Origin: an uncultured delta proteobacterium
GTDB lineage: Bacteria; Desulfobacterota; Desulfomonilia; UBA1062
Direction: 5' to 3'
Length of the DNA: 64,000 nucleotides
NCBI GenBank assembly: GCA_963752595.1
Contig: CAVVYZ010000001.1
Coordinates: 352,001-416,000, forward strand
This document shows, one piece after another, positions 20,211-29,732 of this stretch; within the stretch, counting starts at the first letter, position 1; the number at the start of each line of letters is the position of its first letter. Below the pieces are notes generated by a model. The model had not been told where the DNA came from. It was given only the letters and a program-made list of their open reading frames with translations, and did no database searches. The position numbers and the translations under genes were made by a program.

Positions 20211-21185
20211 ATGATTACTGCAGCTTTGGTAGTAGGCGGAATCGGGGCAGTATGTGCCCTTATCCTCGGGATATCGTTGGTAACCTTTGCCGTCAAGATG
20301 GACCCCAGGGAAAAAGAGGTCATGGACAGGCTCCCCGGTGCGAATTGCGGTGCATGCGGATATGCCGGCTGTGCTGCCTTTGCCCATGAACTTACCTCAA
20401 ACGCTGACACGCCGATGACATGCCCTGCAGTGAATGCACAAGCCCTGCAGTCCATTGCCGAAGCACTCGGCAGAGAGCTCGGAGGCGTCTCCCAGGTGAT
20501 TGCATGCGTGCGTTGCAAGGGCGGCAAGGCAGAGACCACGGCGCGATATACATACGTCGGCCCAAGGGATTGCCGTTCGGCCCAGCTCATCGCAGGCGGA
20601 TCGAAAGGATGTCAATACGGATGCCTTGGCATGGGCAGCTGCGTTGCTGTATGCCCCTTTGGTGCCATAACTATGGGTGAAGACGGGCTTCCTCATGTGA
20701 TCGCCGATAAGTGCACCGGGTGCGGGAAATGTGTTGGAGCATGTCCACGGATGATCATCGGGCTTGTTCCCAAATCAAGTAACTACTCCGTCGGCTGCAT
20801 ATCCAAGGACGCAGCCAAGGATATGAAGAAATCCTGCCAGGCCGGCTGCATAAAATGCGGGATCTGTGCCGATGTCTGCCCCTTTGAAGCGATCATCGTC
20901 TCAAAAGACAAAGCAGCCGAGATCGACCAGGACAAGTGTCGCCGGTGCGGATTGTGCGTAAGCGTATGCCCCACGGGGGTCATCACTGCACAAAGAACAT
21001 CTGAAAAGGTACGGATTTTGCCGGAGAAGTGCAAAGGATGCGGAATCTGCGAGCAGGTATGCCCTGCCGAGGCTGTCTCCGGTAAACCCAAAGAGCCGTA
21101 TGTCGTGAATGAGGGGAAATGCATCGGCTGCGGCTTGTGCATCGAAAAATGCCCGGCGGACGCCATAGAAAGGAAGCTCGCATGA
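20211..21185 (+). CDS. rnfB: Rnf subunit B (polyferredoxin type)
   Basis: LPGANCGACGYAGC plus six ferredoxin-type Cys motifs. Confidence 0.95.
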   Translation: MITAALVVGGIGAVCALILGISLVTFAVKMDPREKEVMDRLPGANCGACGYAGCAAFAHELTSNADTPMTCPAVNAQALQSIAEALGRELGGVSQVIACVRCKGGKAETTARYTYVGPRDCRSAQLIAGGSKGCQYGCLGMGSCVAVCPFGAITMGEDGLPHVIADKCTGCGKCVGACPRMIIGLVPKSSNYSVGCISKDAAKDMKKSCQAGCIKCGICADVCPFEAIIVSKDKAAEIDQDKCRRCGLCVSVCPTGVITAQRTSEKVRILPEKCKGCGICEQVCPAEAVSGKPKEPYVVNEGKCIGCGLCIEKCPADAIERKLA

Positions 21186-22501
21186 GATCATTCAAAGGCG
21201 GTGTTCATCCCCCTGAAGAGAAGGACCTTGTCAAAGACAGCGCGGTCGTGAACTTCCCCTTGAGCTCCCTGTACTATGTGCTTCTTCAGCAGCACCTGGG
21301 CGCACCGTCAAAGCCGATTGTCAAGGTAGGTGAAACCATAAAAAAAGGGCAGGCACTTTCCGAGCCCTCGGGCTTCGTGTCGGCCTCTGTTCATGCTCCT
21401 ACTTCAGGCAAGATCAAGGAAATTGCCCGGATGGTTCACCCGGTGACAGGACTCTTCGGGCCCTGCATCGTTATCGAGGCGGACGGCCACGACGAATGGC
21501 TGGAGGGTTTGCCGGCCGTGCGGGACCCGTTTGCCATGACACGCGATGACCTCCTGGAAGCGGTCCGGTCTGCGGGCATCGTGGGTATGGGCGGTGCAAC
21601 CTTCCCCACCCATGTGAAGCTCTCCCCGCCCAAGGATAAGATCATCGATACCTTTATCGTCAACGGTGTCGAATGCGAGCCTTACCTCTCTTCGGACCAC
21701 CGTCTCATGATTGAAGAGCCTGACCGGGTCTTGAAGGGAACCAGTGTCGCCATGAGGATCCTGGGTCTTGAAAAGGCATATCTTGCGATTGAGGCGAACA
21801 AACCCGACGCTTTACGGGCCATGGAGCAGAAGGCTCCCCCTGAAATTCAGGTCGTATCGCTGAAGGTGAAGTATCCCCAGGGTGCTGAAAAGCAGCTCAT
21901 CAAAGCCCTCACCAACCGCGAGGTACCGACGGGCAGCTTGCCCATGGACGTGGGAACGGTCGTCCAGAATGCTGGGACCTGTGCAGCGATCTGGGACGCC
22001 TGCAGCGCGGGTATTCCACTGATCGAGCGCATTACCTCCGTGACCGGTCGCGGGATTGCACAGCCCAGGAATATCCGGGTGAGGGTAGGGACGCTGCTCA
22101 AGGAGGTCATAGACTTCTGCGGAGGCGCAGAAGATGCTTCCAAGATCATATTCGGCGGGCCCATGATGGGTATCGCCCAGTTCACGAGCGAGATCCCTAT
22201 CATGAAAGGGACTTCCGGAGTTCTTGTCCTGACCGAAAAAGACACTGATATTTCCGAATACTCCGCCTGCATCTCATGCGGCAGATGTGTCGAAGCATGT
22301 CCCATGGGCCTTATCCCTTCGATCTTAAGCAAGCTCGGCGAAAAAGATCAATGGCAGAGGGCAATGGGGAATGACCTGATGGATTGCATTGAATGTGGAT
22401 GCTGCACCTATGTGTGCCCGGCGAGAAGGCCCATCGTCCACTTTATTAAACATCTGAAGGCGCTCTCCCGCTTGGCGAGTGCCAAGAGCAAAGGGGCATG
22501 A
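21182..22501 (+). CDS. rnfC: Rnf subunit C
   Basis: Motifs FKGGVHP, GIVGMGGATFPTHVK, NGVECEPY, KYPQGAEKQL, two 4Fe-4S motifs. Confidence 0.96.
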   Translation: MRSFKGGVHPPEEKDLVKDSAVVNFPLSSLYYVLLQQHLGAPSKPIVKVGETIKKGQALSEPSGFVSASVHAPTSGKIKEIARMVHPVTGLFGPCIVIEADGHDEWLEGLPAVRDPFAMTRDDLLEAVRSAGIVGMGGATFPTHVKLSPPKDKIIDTFIVNGVECEPYLSSDHRLMIEEPDRVLKGTSVAMRILGLEKAYLAIEANKPDALRAMEQKAPPEIQVVSLKVKYPQGAEKQLIKALTNREVPTGSLPMDVGTVVQNAGTCAAIWDACSAGIPLIERITSVTGRGIAQPRNIRVRVGTLLKEVIDFCGGAEDASKIIFGGPMMGIAQFTSEIPIMKGTSGVLVLTEKDTDISEYSACISCGRCVEACPMGLIPSILSKLGEKDQWQRAMGNDLMDCIECGCCTYVCPARRPIVHFIKHLKALSRLASAKSKGA

Positions 22502-22502
22502 G

Positions 22503-23483
22503 ATGAAGGATATATACGTTTCGAGCTCTCCACATGTCCATTCACCGGAGGACATACCCTGGATCATGCGGCAGGTCATCTATGCCCTGATGCCAGGTGC
22601 TTTGATCGGGGTATACTTCTTCGGTTTTCCAGCCATAAAGGTCATCGCCGTAACAATGGTATCGTGCGTTGGGGTCGAGGCGGTGTGGCAAAGGATCTCG
22701 AAGCAGAAAAACACAGTGAACGACTGGTCTGCTGCCCTGACCGGCCTGCTTCTCGCCATGAACCTCCCTTCCGGCTCCCCTTGGTGGCTGGCAGTGATCG
22801 GCTCGGCGGTGGCCATCATCTTCGGCAAACAGGTATACGGCGGGCTTGGGAATAATCCCTTCAACCCTGCCCTGGTTGCACGGGTATTCCTCCTGATCTC
22901 TTTCCCTGTTGCCATGACGACCTGGCCTAAGCCGCGGTCGTTTTTTTCTGAACCTTCCGATGTAGTGACAAGCGCTACTCCGCTCGGTGCGCTGAAGACG
23001 GCCATCTTCGAGCATCACTCCGTAACGGCAGCACCGCATCTCAATCTCATGGACCCGTTCCTTGGAAACATAGGGGGGTCGCTGGGAGAGATCTCTGCAC
23101 TTGCACTGATCCTGGGAGGGGTCTACCTCATCGTCCGGAAGATCATCACCTGGCACATCCCTGTTTCATATCTGGGGAGCGTAGCCCTGTTCACGGGAAT
23201 TCTCTGGGGCATCAACCCCGGCATCTATGCAAGTCCATCCTTCCACCTGGTTACCGGTGGTTTGATGCTGGGGGCCTTCTTCATGGCAACCGACATGGTG
23301 ACTACACCCATTACCAATATGGGCAAGCTTGTTTTCGGCATAGGGTGCGGGGCCGTTACGGTCATCATCCGGATCTGGGGAGGGTATCCCGAGGGGGTGT
23401 CATTTGCCATACTCATCATGAATGCCCTTGTCCCGCTGATAAACAGGGCCACGCGGCCCGTGAAATACGGAGCAATAAAATGA
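22503..23483 (+). CDS. rnfD: Rnf subunit D
   Basis: Motifs SSSPH, GGLGNNPFNPAL, FMN site SATPL, FMATD. Confidence 0.96.
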   Translation: MKDIYVSSSPHVHSPEDIPWIMRQVIYALMPGALIGVYFFGFPAIKVIAVTMVSCVGVEAVWQRISKQKNTVNDWSAALTGLLLAMNLPSGSPWWLAVIGSAVAIIFGKQVYGGLGNNPFNPALVARVFLLISFPVAMTTWPKPRSFFSEPSDVVTSATPLGALKTAIFEHHSVTAAPHLNLMDPFLGNIGGSLGEISALALILGGVYLIVRKIITWHIPVSYLGSVALFTGILWGINPGIYASPSFHLVTGGLMLGAFFMATDMVTTPITNMGKLVFGIGCGAVTVIIRIWGGYPEGVSFAILIMNALVPLINRATRPVKYGAIK

Positions 23484-24055
23484 AGGAGATAATCAGACTC
23501 GTGGGAGTCCTGACGACTGTATGTGTCCTGGCCGGGCTATCCCTTGCGTATGTGAACGAAAAGACCAAAGAGCCGAGGGCGTATCAGGACAGATTGAAAC
23601 TGCTCAGCTCGCTCAACATGGTATTGCCGCAGCATGACAACGATCCGGATAAGGACTCCGTTACGGTAGGCGGCACGACTTATTATATTTCGAAGGCGAA
23701 TGGCGGGGTCAACGGGATCGCTTTCGAGACTTCATCCGATAAGGGGTACGCAGGCCTGATCAGGGTTATGGTCGGCGTCAAGCCTGACGGAGAGATCCTG
23801 TCGGTAGGCATCATAGATCAGAAAGAAACCCCCGGGCTCGGCTCGAAGATTACCGAAGGATGGTTTACCGACCAATACAAGGGAAAGTCGCTCGAAAATG
23901 CCCAGTGGAAGGTAAAGAAAGACGGCGGTGATTTCGACCAGATCTCCGGTGCCACTATCTCGCCAAGGGCCGTAACAGGTGCGGTGAAGAACGGTCTCGA
24001 GAATTACCAGAAAAACAAGGAGCAGATACTGGGAGGCAGCAATGTCGTTCAATAG
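23480..24055 (+). CDS. rnfG: Rnf subunit G
   Basis: Motifs GYAG.I, ETPGLG, FMN site SGATIS. Confidence 0.95.
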   Translation: MKEIIRLVGVLTTVCVLAGLSLAYVNEKTKEPRAYQDRLKLLSSLNMVLPQHDNDPDKDSVTVGGTTYYISKANGGVNGIAFETSSDKGYAGLIRVMVGVKPDGEILSVGIIDQKETPGLGSKITEGWFTDQYKGKSLENAQWKVKKDGGDFDQISGATISPRAVTGAVKNGLENYQKNKEQILGGSNVVQ

Positions 24056-24629
24056 CGAGTTGATCAAGGGAATCTGGAAAGAAAACCCTCTCTTTGTGAT
24101 AGTCTTAGGCACCTGTCCTACTTTGGCTGTTTCCACCAGCATGGAAAACGGCATCGGCATGGGCATCGCTGCGACATTCGTGCTCGTATGCTCGAATATC
24201 GTGGTTTCAGCGGTCCGGAAATATGTCCCGGACAGTGTACGCATAGCAGTATACATCATTATCATTGCTTCTTTCGTAACCGTTGTGGATCTCGTCATGA
24301 GCGCCTATTTCAGGACCCTCTATAATGCTTTGGGGATCTTTATCCCTCTGATCGTGGTGAATTGCATCATCCTCGGAAGGGCAGAGGCCTTTGCATCGAG
24401 GAACTCGATTTCCATGTCCATTGCCGACGGTATAGGAATGGGGGGAGGTTTTACCCTGGCACTCCTTATGATCGGCAGTGTCAGGGAACTCCTGGGGAAC
24501 GGATCACTCTTCGGACATCACCTTTTCGGCAGCAGCTATATCCCGATTCTCGTCATGATACTTCCTCCCGGTGCTTTTCTCACGTACGGGGCGCTTACCG
24601 CTGTAGTAAATTCCTTGAAAAAGAGATAA
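24042..24629 (+). CDS. rnfE: Rnf subunit E
   Basis: Motifs ENP...LGTCPTLAV and PLIVVNCIILGRAE. Confidence 0.96.
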   Translation: MSFNSELIKGIWKENPLFVIVLGTCPTLAVSTSMENGIGMGIAATFVLVCSNIVVSAVRKYVPDSVRIAVYIIIIASFVTVVDLVMSAYFRTLYNALGIFIPLIVVNCIILGRAEAFASRNSISMSIADGIGMGGGFTLALLMIGSVRELLGNGSLFGHHLFGSSYIPILVMILPPGAFLTYGALTAVVNSLKKR

Positions 24630-24672
24630 TGCATTGACAAAGATTTTTCTTTTCTATTGAATTGGAGAGATT

Positions 24673-25521
24673 ATGATTGCGGAGATTTTAGAAAAACAAC
24701 AGCTGTCCAAAGGTGTATTCAGAATAGTCCTCTCCGGACCGAAGATCGCAAGGAAGCGAAAAGCCGGCCAATTTGTCGTGATACGGATTAACGAACAGGG
24801 CGAGAGGATACCGCTCACAATCGCAGATGCGGATCCTGACAAAGGAACAGTCACCATCATATTTCAGATGGTGGGGAAATCCACGAGGCACCTTGCGGAT
24901 CTCAACGTCGGCGATACGATTCTCGACCTCGTCGGTCCCCTTGGGAAACCTACCCGTGTCGAAAATTTCGGAACTGTTGCCTGTATAGGCGGCGGGATCG
25001 GGATAGCACCACTCTACCCCATAACCCAGGCTATGAAGGCTGCTGGGAATCATGTCATATCCATCATCGGCGCACGGACAAAAGAAGTCCTCATCATGGA
25101 AGACCAGATGAAAGCCGTATCTGACGAGATGATTGCAACAACGGATGACGGGTCCTATGGATTCAAAGGTTTTGTCAGCCAGGCCCTCGAAGAGAAGTTT
25201 CTGCTGCCCGGAAAGAAGGTCGATCTCGTGGTGGCCATCGGGCCGGTCCCGATGATGAGGTCGGTGTGCGATGTTACCAGAAAATATGATGTTCCCACGG
25301 TCGTATCCTTGAACTCGATTATGGTGGACGCTACGGGAATGTGCGGAGCGTGCAGGGTGAGCGTCGGCGGGAAGACCCAGTTCGTCTGCGTAGACGGTCC
25401 GGAATTCGATGGGCACCAGGTAGATTTTAAACAGCTCATGGACAGGCTTTGTATCTATCTCGGCGACGAAAAGCAAAGCATTGATCACTACTGCTCGTGT
25501 ACACGGCAGGTATCGGGATAA
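24673..25521 (+). CDS. nfnA: Electron-bifurcating transhydrogenase small subunit (SudB/NfnA-like)
   Basis: Motifs GERIPLTIAD, GPLG, GGGIG, MVDATGMCGACRV, CVDGPEFD. Confidence 0.9.
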   Translation: MIAEILEKQQLSKGVFRIVLSGPKIARKRKAGQFVVIRINEQGERIPLTIADADPDKGTVTIIFQMVGKSTRHLADLNVGDTILDLVGPLGKPTRVENFGTVACIGGGIGIAPLYPITQAMKAAGNHVISIIGARTKEVLIMEDQMKAVSDEMIATTDDGSYGFKGFVSQALEEKFLLPGKKVDLVVAIGPVPMMRSVCDVTRKYDVPTVVSLNSIMVDATGMCGACRVSVGGKTQFVCVDGPEFDGHQVDFKQLMDRLCIYLGDEKQSIDHYCSCTRQVSG

Positions 25522-25526
25522 GCACC

Positions 25527-26930
25527 ATGGAAATGAAAGACAGGCTCAAGATTCTCCGGCAGCCGATGCCGGAGCAGGCTCCAAAGGTTCGCGCAAGGAA
25601 TTTCGACGAGGTTCCACTCGGCTATAAGCCTGATACTGCCAAAGTAGAGGCATTGCGCTGCATCCAGTGTAAGAACCGCCCGTGCGTTGAAGGATGCCCG
25701 GTTGAAATCGATATCCCTGCTTTCATCGCACTTGTCGCTGAAGACAAGTTCGTTGAAGCAGCGAAGAAGATCAAGGAAACGAATGCCCTGCCTGCAGTAT
25801 GCGGGCGCGTATGTCCCCAGGAGGTCCAGTGCGAGATGAAGTGCGTACGGGGCAAAAAGGGCGAGCCCGTAGCCATCGGAAGGCTCGAACGGTTTGTCGC
25901 TGATAACGAGCGGGCAGCAGGCGAGGTATCGATCCCCAAGATTCCTGCAAAGACAGGGAAGAGAATCGCCATAGTCGGTTCCGGGCCCGCCGGGCTTACG
26001 GTGGCGGGCGATCTCGTTCAGTTCGGACATGACGTGACCATCTTCGAGGCGCTTCATGCACCGGGCGGCGTTCTCGTATATGGAATCCCCGAGTTCAGGC
26101 TGCCTAAGGCAATCGTTGCGGCAGAGGTCGACTACCTCAAAAAGATGGGGGTAAAGATCGAGACATCCTATGTTATAGGAAAGCTCGATACGGTCGATGA
26201 TCTTTTCGAAGAAGGATATGATGCGGTATTTATCGGGACCGGGGCAGGCCTGCCCACCTTCATGAACATCCCGGGAGAAAATCTCAACGGCGTGTACTCG
26301 GCCAATGAGTACCTTACCCGTTCAAACCTCATGAAGGCATACCGATTCCCCGAATATGACACACCCATTGTCCGGGGCAAAAACGTGGCAGTCGTCGGCG
26401 GCGGAAACGTGGCCATGGATTCTGCACGTACTGCCATGAGGCTCGGCGCGGACAATGTCTACCTCATTTATCGAAGGTCACGGGTAGAGATGCCGGCTCG
26501 GTCAGAAGAGATCCACCATGCCGAGGAAGAGGGGATTCAGATTCACCTCCTTACGAACCCGATCCGTTATATCGGTAATGACAAGGGATGGGTTGTGGGT
26601 GTAGAATGTTTAAAAATGGAATTGGGAGAGCCTGATGATTCCGGGCGTAGAAGGCCTGTACCCATGAAGGGGAGCGAGTTCGTCATCGATATCGATACCG
26701 TGGTTGTGGCAATCGGAGCAGGTTCGAACCCCCTGGTCCAGAGCACGACGCCTGGTCTGGAAACGAACAAATGGAATTACATCATTGCAGATGAGGAAAC
26801 CGGTCAGACCTCCCGGGAGGGCGTATTTGCAGGTGGTGACATCGTCACGGGTGCAGCCACGGTCATCCTCGCCATGGGTGCCGGCAGAAAGGCAGCCAGG
26901 GCAATCCATAAGTATGTAATGTCAAAGTAA
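25527..26930 (+). CDS. nfnB: Electron-bifurcating transhydrogenase large subunit (GltD-like, SudA/NfnB)
   Basis: Motifs EA.RCIQC, CGRVCPQE.QC, GSGPAG, GGGNVAMD, GGDIVTGAATVI. Adjacent to nfnA, with no gltB nearby. Confidence 0.9.
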   Translation: MEMKDRLKILRQPMPEQAPKVRARNFDEVPLGYKPDTAKVEALRCIQCKNRPCVEGCPVEIDIPAFIALVAEDKFVEAAKKIKETNALPAVCGRVCPQEVQCEMKCVRGKKGEPVAIGRLERFVADNERAAGEVSIPKIPAKTGKRIAIVGSGPAGLTVAGDLVQFGHDVTIFEALHAPGGVLVYGIPEFRLPKAIVAAEVDYLKKMGVKIETSYVIGKLDTVDDLFEEGYDAVFIGTGAGLPTFMNIPGENLNGVYSANEYLTRSNLMKAYRFPEYDTPIVRGKNVAVVGGGNVAMDSARTAMRLGADNVYLIYRRSRVEMPARSEEIHHAEEEGIQIHLLTNPIRYIGNDKGWVVGVECLKMELGEPDDSGRRRPVPMKGSEFVIDIDTVVVAIGAGSNPLVQSTTPGLETNKWNYIIADEETGQTSREGVFAGGDIVTGAATVILAMGAGRKAARAIHKYVMSK

Positions 26931-26951
26931 TATACAACGATAGGAGACGAT

Positions 26952-27317
26952 ATGACCCTTGCTGAGATTAAAAAAATCCTCGATGCTGATGTGATTGTCG
27001 GCGAAGAAATGCTGAGCATGGAAGTCAACACCGGATTTGCTGCAGATCTGATGAGTGATGTGCTCGCATTTGCAAAAGAAGGGTCGATCCTCCTGACAGG
27101 GCTTACCAATCCGCTGGTCGTCCGGACAGCGGAGACGCTCGACTTGAGGGCCATCATCTTTGTGAGGGGGAAAAGGCCTTCTCCTGAAGCCATGAAGCTT
27201 GCCCAGGAAAAGAGCATTCCCCTGCTCGGGACAAAGTATATCCTGTTCGAATCCTGCGGGAGGCTTTTCGCTTCAGGCATGAGGGGTTCAATCCAGAGGG
27301 TAGGTGAGGGCTCGTAG
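26952..27317 (+). CDS. DRTGG domain protein
   Basis: Motif ADLMSDVLA...LLTGLTN..VVRTA..LD...IIFVRGK.P. Confidence 0.85.
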   Translation: MTLAEIKKILDADVIVGEEMLSMEVNTGFAADLMSDVLAFAKEGSILLTGLTNPLVVRTAETLDLRAIIFVRGKRPSPEAMKLAQEKSIPLLGTKYILFESCGRLFASGMRGSIQRVGEGS

Positions 27318-27425
27318 GCTTCATGGAAAAAATATCCCCCCAAAAGGTAGATGTCGACGTTTTTTGCAGAGTGAGGGTGACGAATATATTCAACTTTTCT
27401 GTAACAATTGTTGCAAATTCAAGTT

Positions 27426-27452
27426 TAAGTTGATATATATTTGAGTCGATAA
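27426..27452 (+). promoter_or_regulatory. Putative sigma28 (FliA) promoter
   Basis: TAAG-N15-GTCGATAA compared with consensus TAAA-N15-GCCGATAA. Lies directly upstream of flagellum-related genes. Confidence 0.65.
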
Positions 27453-27471
27453 TGTATATAAGAGGTAAGAT

Positions 27472-27780
27472 ATGGCTGGTGCAACCGATATATCTTCAAT
27501 CCTGTCGCAGGCAGGAAGGATTGAGAAGATAAACCAGAACTCGTTTGTGCAGTCCGAGGTGGCCAGACAAATCCTCACCGAAGACGAAGCCAAGCAGAGG
27601 CTTCGGAAGAACAGGGAAGTAAACGAATCCGACAAACCTCACGATATAGCCACTAAGGACCGTGAACACCGCAGGCAGAAAGAGCAGAAAAAATCACATC
27701 AGGAAGGTCTTGAAAAGGATAATCCCGAAGGCGGCACCCAGGAGACCGGTAAGAGGCATATCATAGATGTTGTGGTATAG
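27472..27780 (+). CDS. Hypothetical protein (flagellar satellite)
   Basis: GAGG RBS. Charged 102-aa ORF ending in HIIDVVV. Confidence 0.7.
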   Translation: MAGATDISSILSQAGRIEKINQNSFVQSEVARQILTEDEAKQRLRKNREVNESDKPHDIATKDREHRRQKEQKKSHQEGLEKDNPEGGTQETGKRHIIDVVV

Positions 27781-27796
27781 GTTCAGGACTTAAACG

Positions 27797-28240
27797 ATGT
27801 GGTTTCAATCTCTTGATCCGACAAAGATCCTGCTCCTGATCCAGTTTGTCGTTCAGGCAGTTCTCCTGGGCATCGTCATATACTTCATTCTCGTTGATAA
27901 GAAAAAGAACCTCCCAACTGAAGTCCTCGACGAACTTAAAGGCGTATTGCAGGAGACCCAGCATCTTTCCGACAACTTCCGTGACCAGATCCAGGCCAAG
28001 GTCGATATCGTCAAGGTGGCCATGAACGAACTCGATGATAAAATCCGTGAAGCCAGGCTGCTGATGGAAGGACTGGAGAAGACAGCGGTGAATACGAAGC
28101 AGACGAGAGACTATACCCAAACGGACGTGGTCAGATTGTATAAAGGGGGTTTCGATCCGGTCGATATCTCCCAGATTACCGGTATCCCCGTTGGCGAGAT
28201 CCAGCTCATGGTCAAGATAACCAATGGGGATAATGCCTAA
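27797..28240 (+). CDS. Membrane-anchored coiled-coil protein with a C-terminal helix-turn-helix (DUF2802/SwrB-like)
   Basis: N-terminal TM, central coiled coil, C-terminus LYKGG...VDISQITGIPVGEIQLM. Confidence 0.65.
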   Translation: MWFQSLDPTKILLLIQFVVQAVLLGIVIYFILVDKKKNLPTEVLDELKGVLQETQHLSDNFRDQIQAKVDIVKVAMNELDDKIREARLLMEGLEKTAVNTKQTRDYTQTDVVRLYKGGFDPVDISQITGIPVGEIQLMVKITNGDNA

Positions 28241-28245
28241 AAACA

Positions 28246-29016
28246 ATGCAGATAAACCCTGCACTGGCTCGATTGGGCAGCATCGTCTTAACAGAAAACA
28301 TTCCCTCTATCTCCATTGGCAGGTCCGTGATCGCAACAGTGCTTTCAGCGCCGAAAGGGGGATCGGTTCTTGTTTCCATGTTCGGGAAGCGCCTGTTTGT
28401 GGAAACCACGATGTCCCTGCAGAAAGGCCAGGTGCTCAACCTGAAGGTTCATGCAGTAACTCCGAAAATAATCCTCAAGCCGTCCCCGGAGGAAGTCGAG
28501 AGTAAAAATTCTCCCATGAGAGAACTCGGCAGTATGCTGAGCCGGATCGCCGGGAAATTCGGGGAGAAACCGGTCAGTTCGTTTCTCGTCCAGGAAATCA
28601 CACGGAAGTTGTCTTCCCGGGGAGCGGATGACGGACCATCGGCTCAATTCGTCACATCGGTCCTGGATCAGATATACCAGTATCCCCAGGCCCTTGCATA
28701 TCTTCTCATCCCCCTGGTGGATGGAGATTCAGGCTCCGGTGCGAAAGTATCGATCGAAAAGGAAGATGACGCCTATATCCTTCATTTCGATATCGATACC
28801 GAGAACCTGGGAAATATTGAATGCAGGGCATGCATGAACAAAGGCAGCGGCATAGATGTGGAGATCAAGACCCCGTCTTTGGAGATCGCCGATTTTCTTA
28901 AAAGCGGTATCCACGAGCTGAAGGAAAGTCTCGAACCTTTCGGTGTCCGTTCTATCGAGGTGGTGCGAGCACGCTTAAGCAAGGCCTCTCGCAAGGAGGT
29001 CGATGTCCTCGTATGA
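28246..29016 (+). CDS. FliK-C-like (hook-length control-like) protein
   Basis: Beta-rich N-terminus (LQKGQVLNLKV). C-terminus FDIDTENLGNI...LKESL resembles the FliK C domain. Precedes a FlhB-C-like gene. Confidence 0.55.
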   Translation: MQINPALARLGSIVLTENIPSISIGRSVIATVLSAPKGGSVLVSMFGKRLFVETTMSLQKGQVLNLKVHAVTPKIILKPSPEEVESKNSPMRELGSMLSRIAGKFGEKPVSSFLVQEITRKLSSRGADDGPSAQFVTSVLDQIYQYPQALAYLLIPLVDGDSGSGAKVSIEKEDDAYILHFDIDTENLGNIECRACMNKGSGIDVEIKTPSLEIADFLKSGIHELKESLEPFGVRSIEVVRARLSKASRKEVDVLV

Positions 29017-29286
29017 AAAAAGGAACATGATAAGGCCGTAGCGCTGAAATATGAGCGGGGCAAGGACCCCGCACCAAAGGTGACAGCCAAGGGAAGCGGT
29101 ACTGTTGCTGAAAAGATCCTCGCCATTGCCAAGGAGAACAATATCCCCATCAGGCAGGACAAGACGCTTCTCGATGCACTCTATAAGCTCGATATCAATG
29201 AAGAAATACCCGAAGAGCTCTACAGGGTCATTGCCGAGATTCTGGCCTTTATCTACCGGATGAACCGGTCTAAAGCCCCGAAATAA
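29013..29286 (+). CDS. Stand-alone FlhB C-terminal domain protein (EscU/YscU/HrcU family, FlhX/YlqH-like); apparent extra A in the A-run after the ATG
   Basis: Motif KAVALKY...APKVTAKG.G.VAEKI..IA...IP...EEIPEELY..IAEIL. ATG 29013 overlaps the upstream stop. Confidence 0.88.
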
Positions 29287-29658
29287 ACCCCAGGTTCATC
29301 CGGAATGCTAAGGAATTCTTGATGCATTGTCTCTCAACGGGCCAATTCTACGGCAATGGGTGAGATGACTATAAATATAGATGTATCTCCGCTTTATCGG
29401 TAATCACCGCTCTGACCTTTTATGCAATTCGTTCAGCGCCTTGTAAAAAGCAATGTCGCTGTTCGTTCAAGTCACAGCTTTTGATCCGAAGGGAAGGGAA
29501 TTCTTTCAAAAACAATAAACAGTTGAACTTAAACGATGAGATTACATCTGATAAGACATCGAAATATTTGCACTTAATAACGCAGGGCACTGGTCTCTTG
29601 GAATACCAAGATTACGGTATTTAAGATTATTTTAATGAAAGAATTCAGTAACTAGATG

Positions 29659-29687
29659 TTGACCTAGAGTATGGGCTATGTTATACA
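29659..29687 (+). promoter_or_regulatory. Putative sigma70 promoter of the hdr/flx operon
   Basis: TTGACC-N17-TATACA with an extended -10 TG. Confidence 0.55.
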
Positions 29688-29732
29688 TTATTTATAAAAA
29701 ATGAGTCTTCATTCAAAAATAAGGTGTGCCAA

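Noticed and set aside
25527-26930. Glutamate synthase small subunit gltD
   Set aside because: There is no gltB nearby and the gene is paired with an NfnA/SudB-type gene, so NfnB is the better call.
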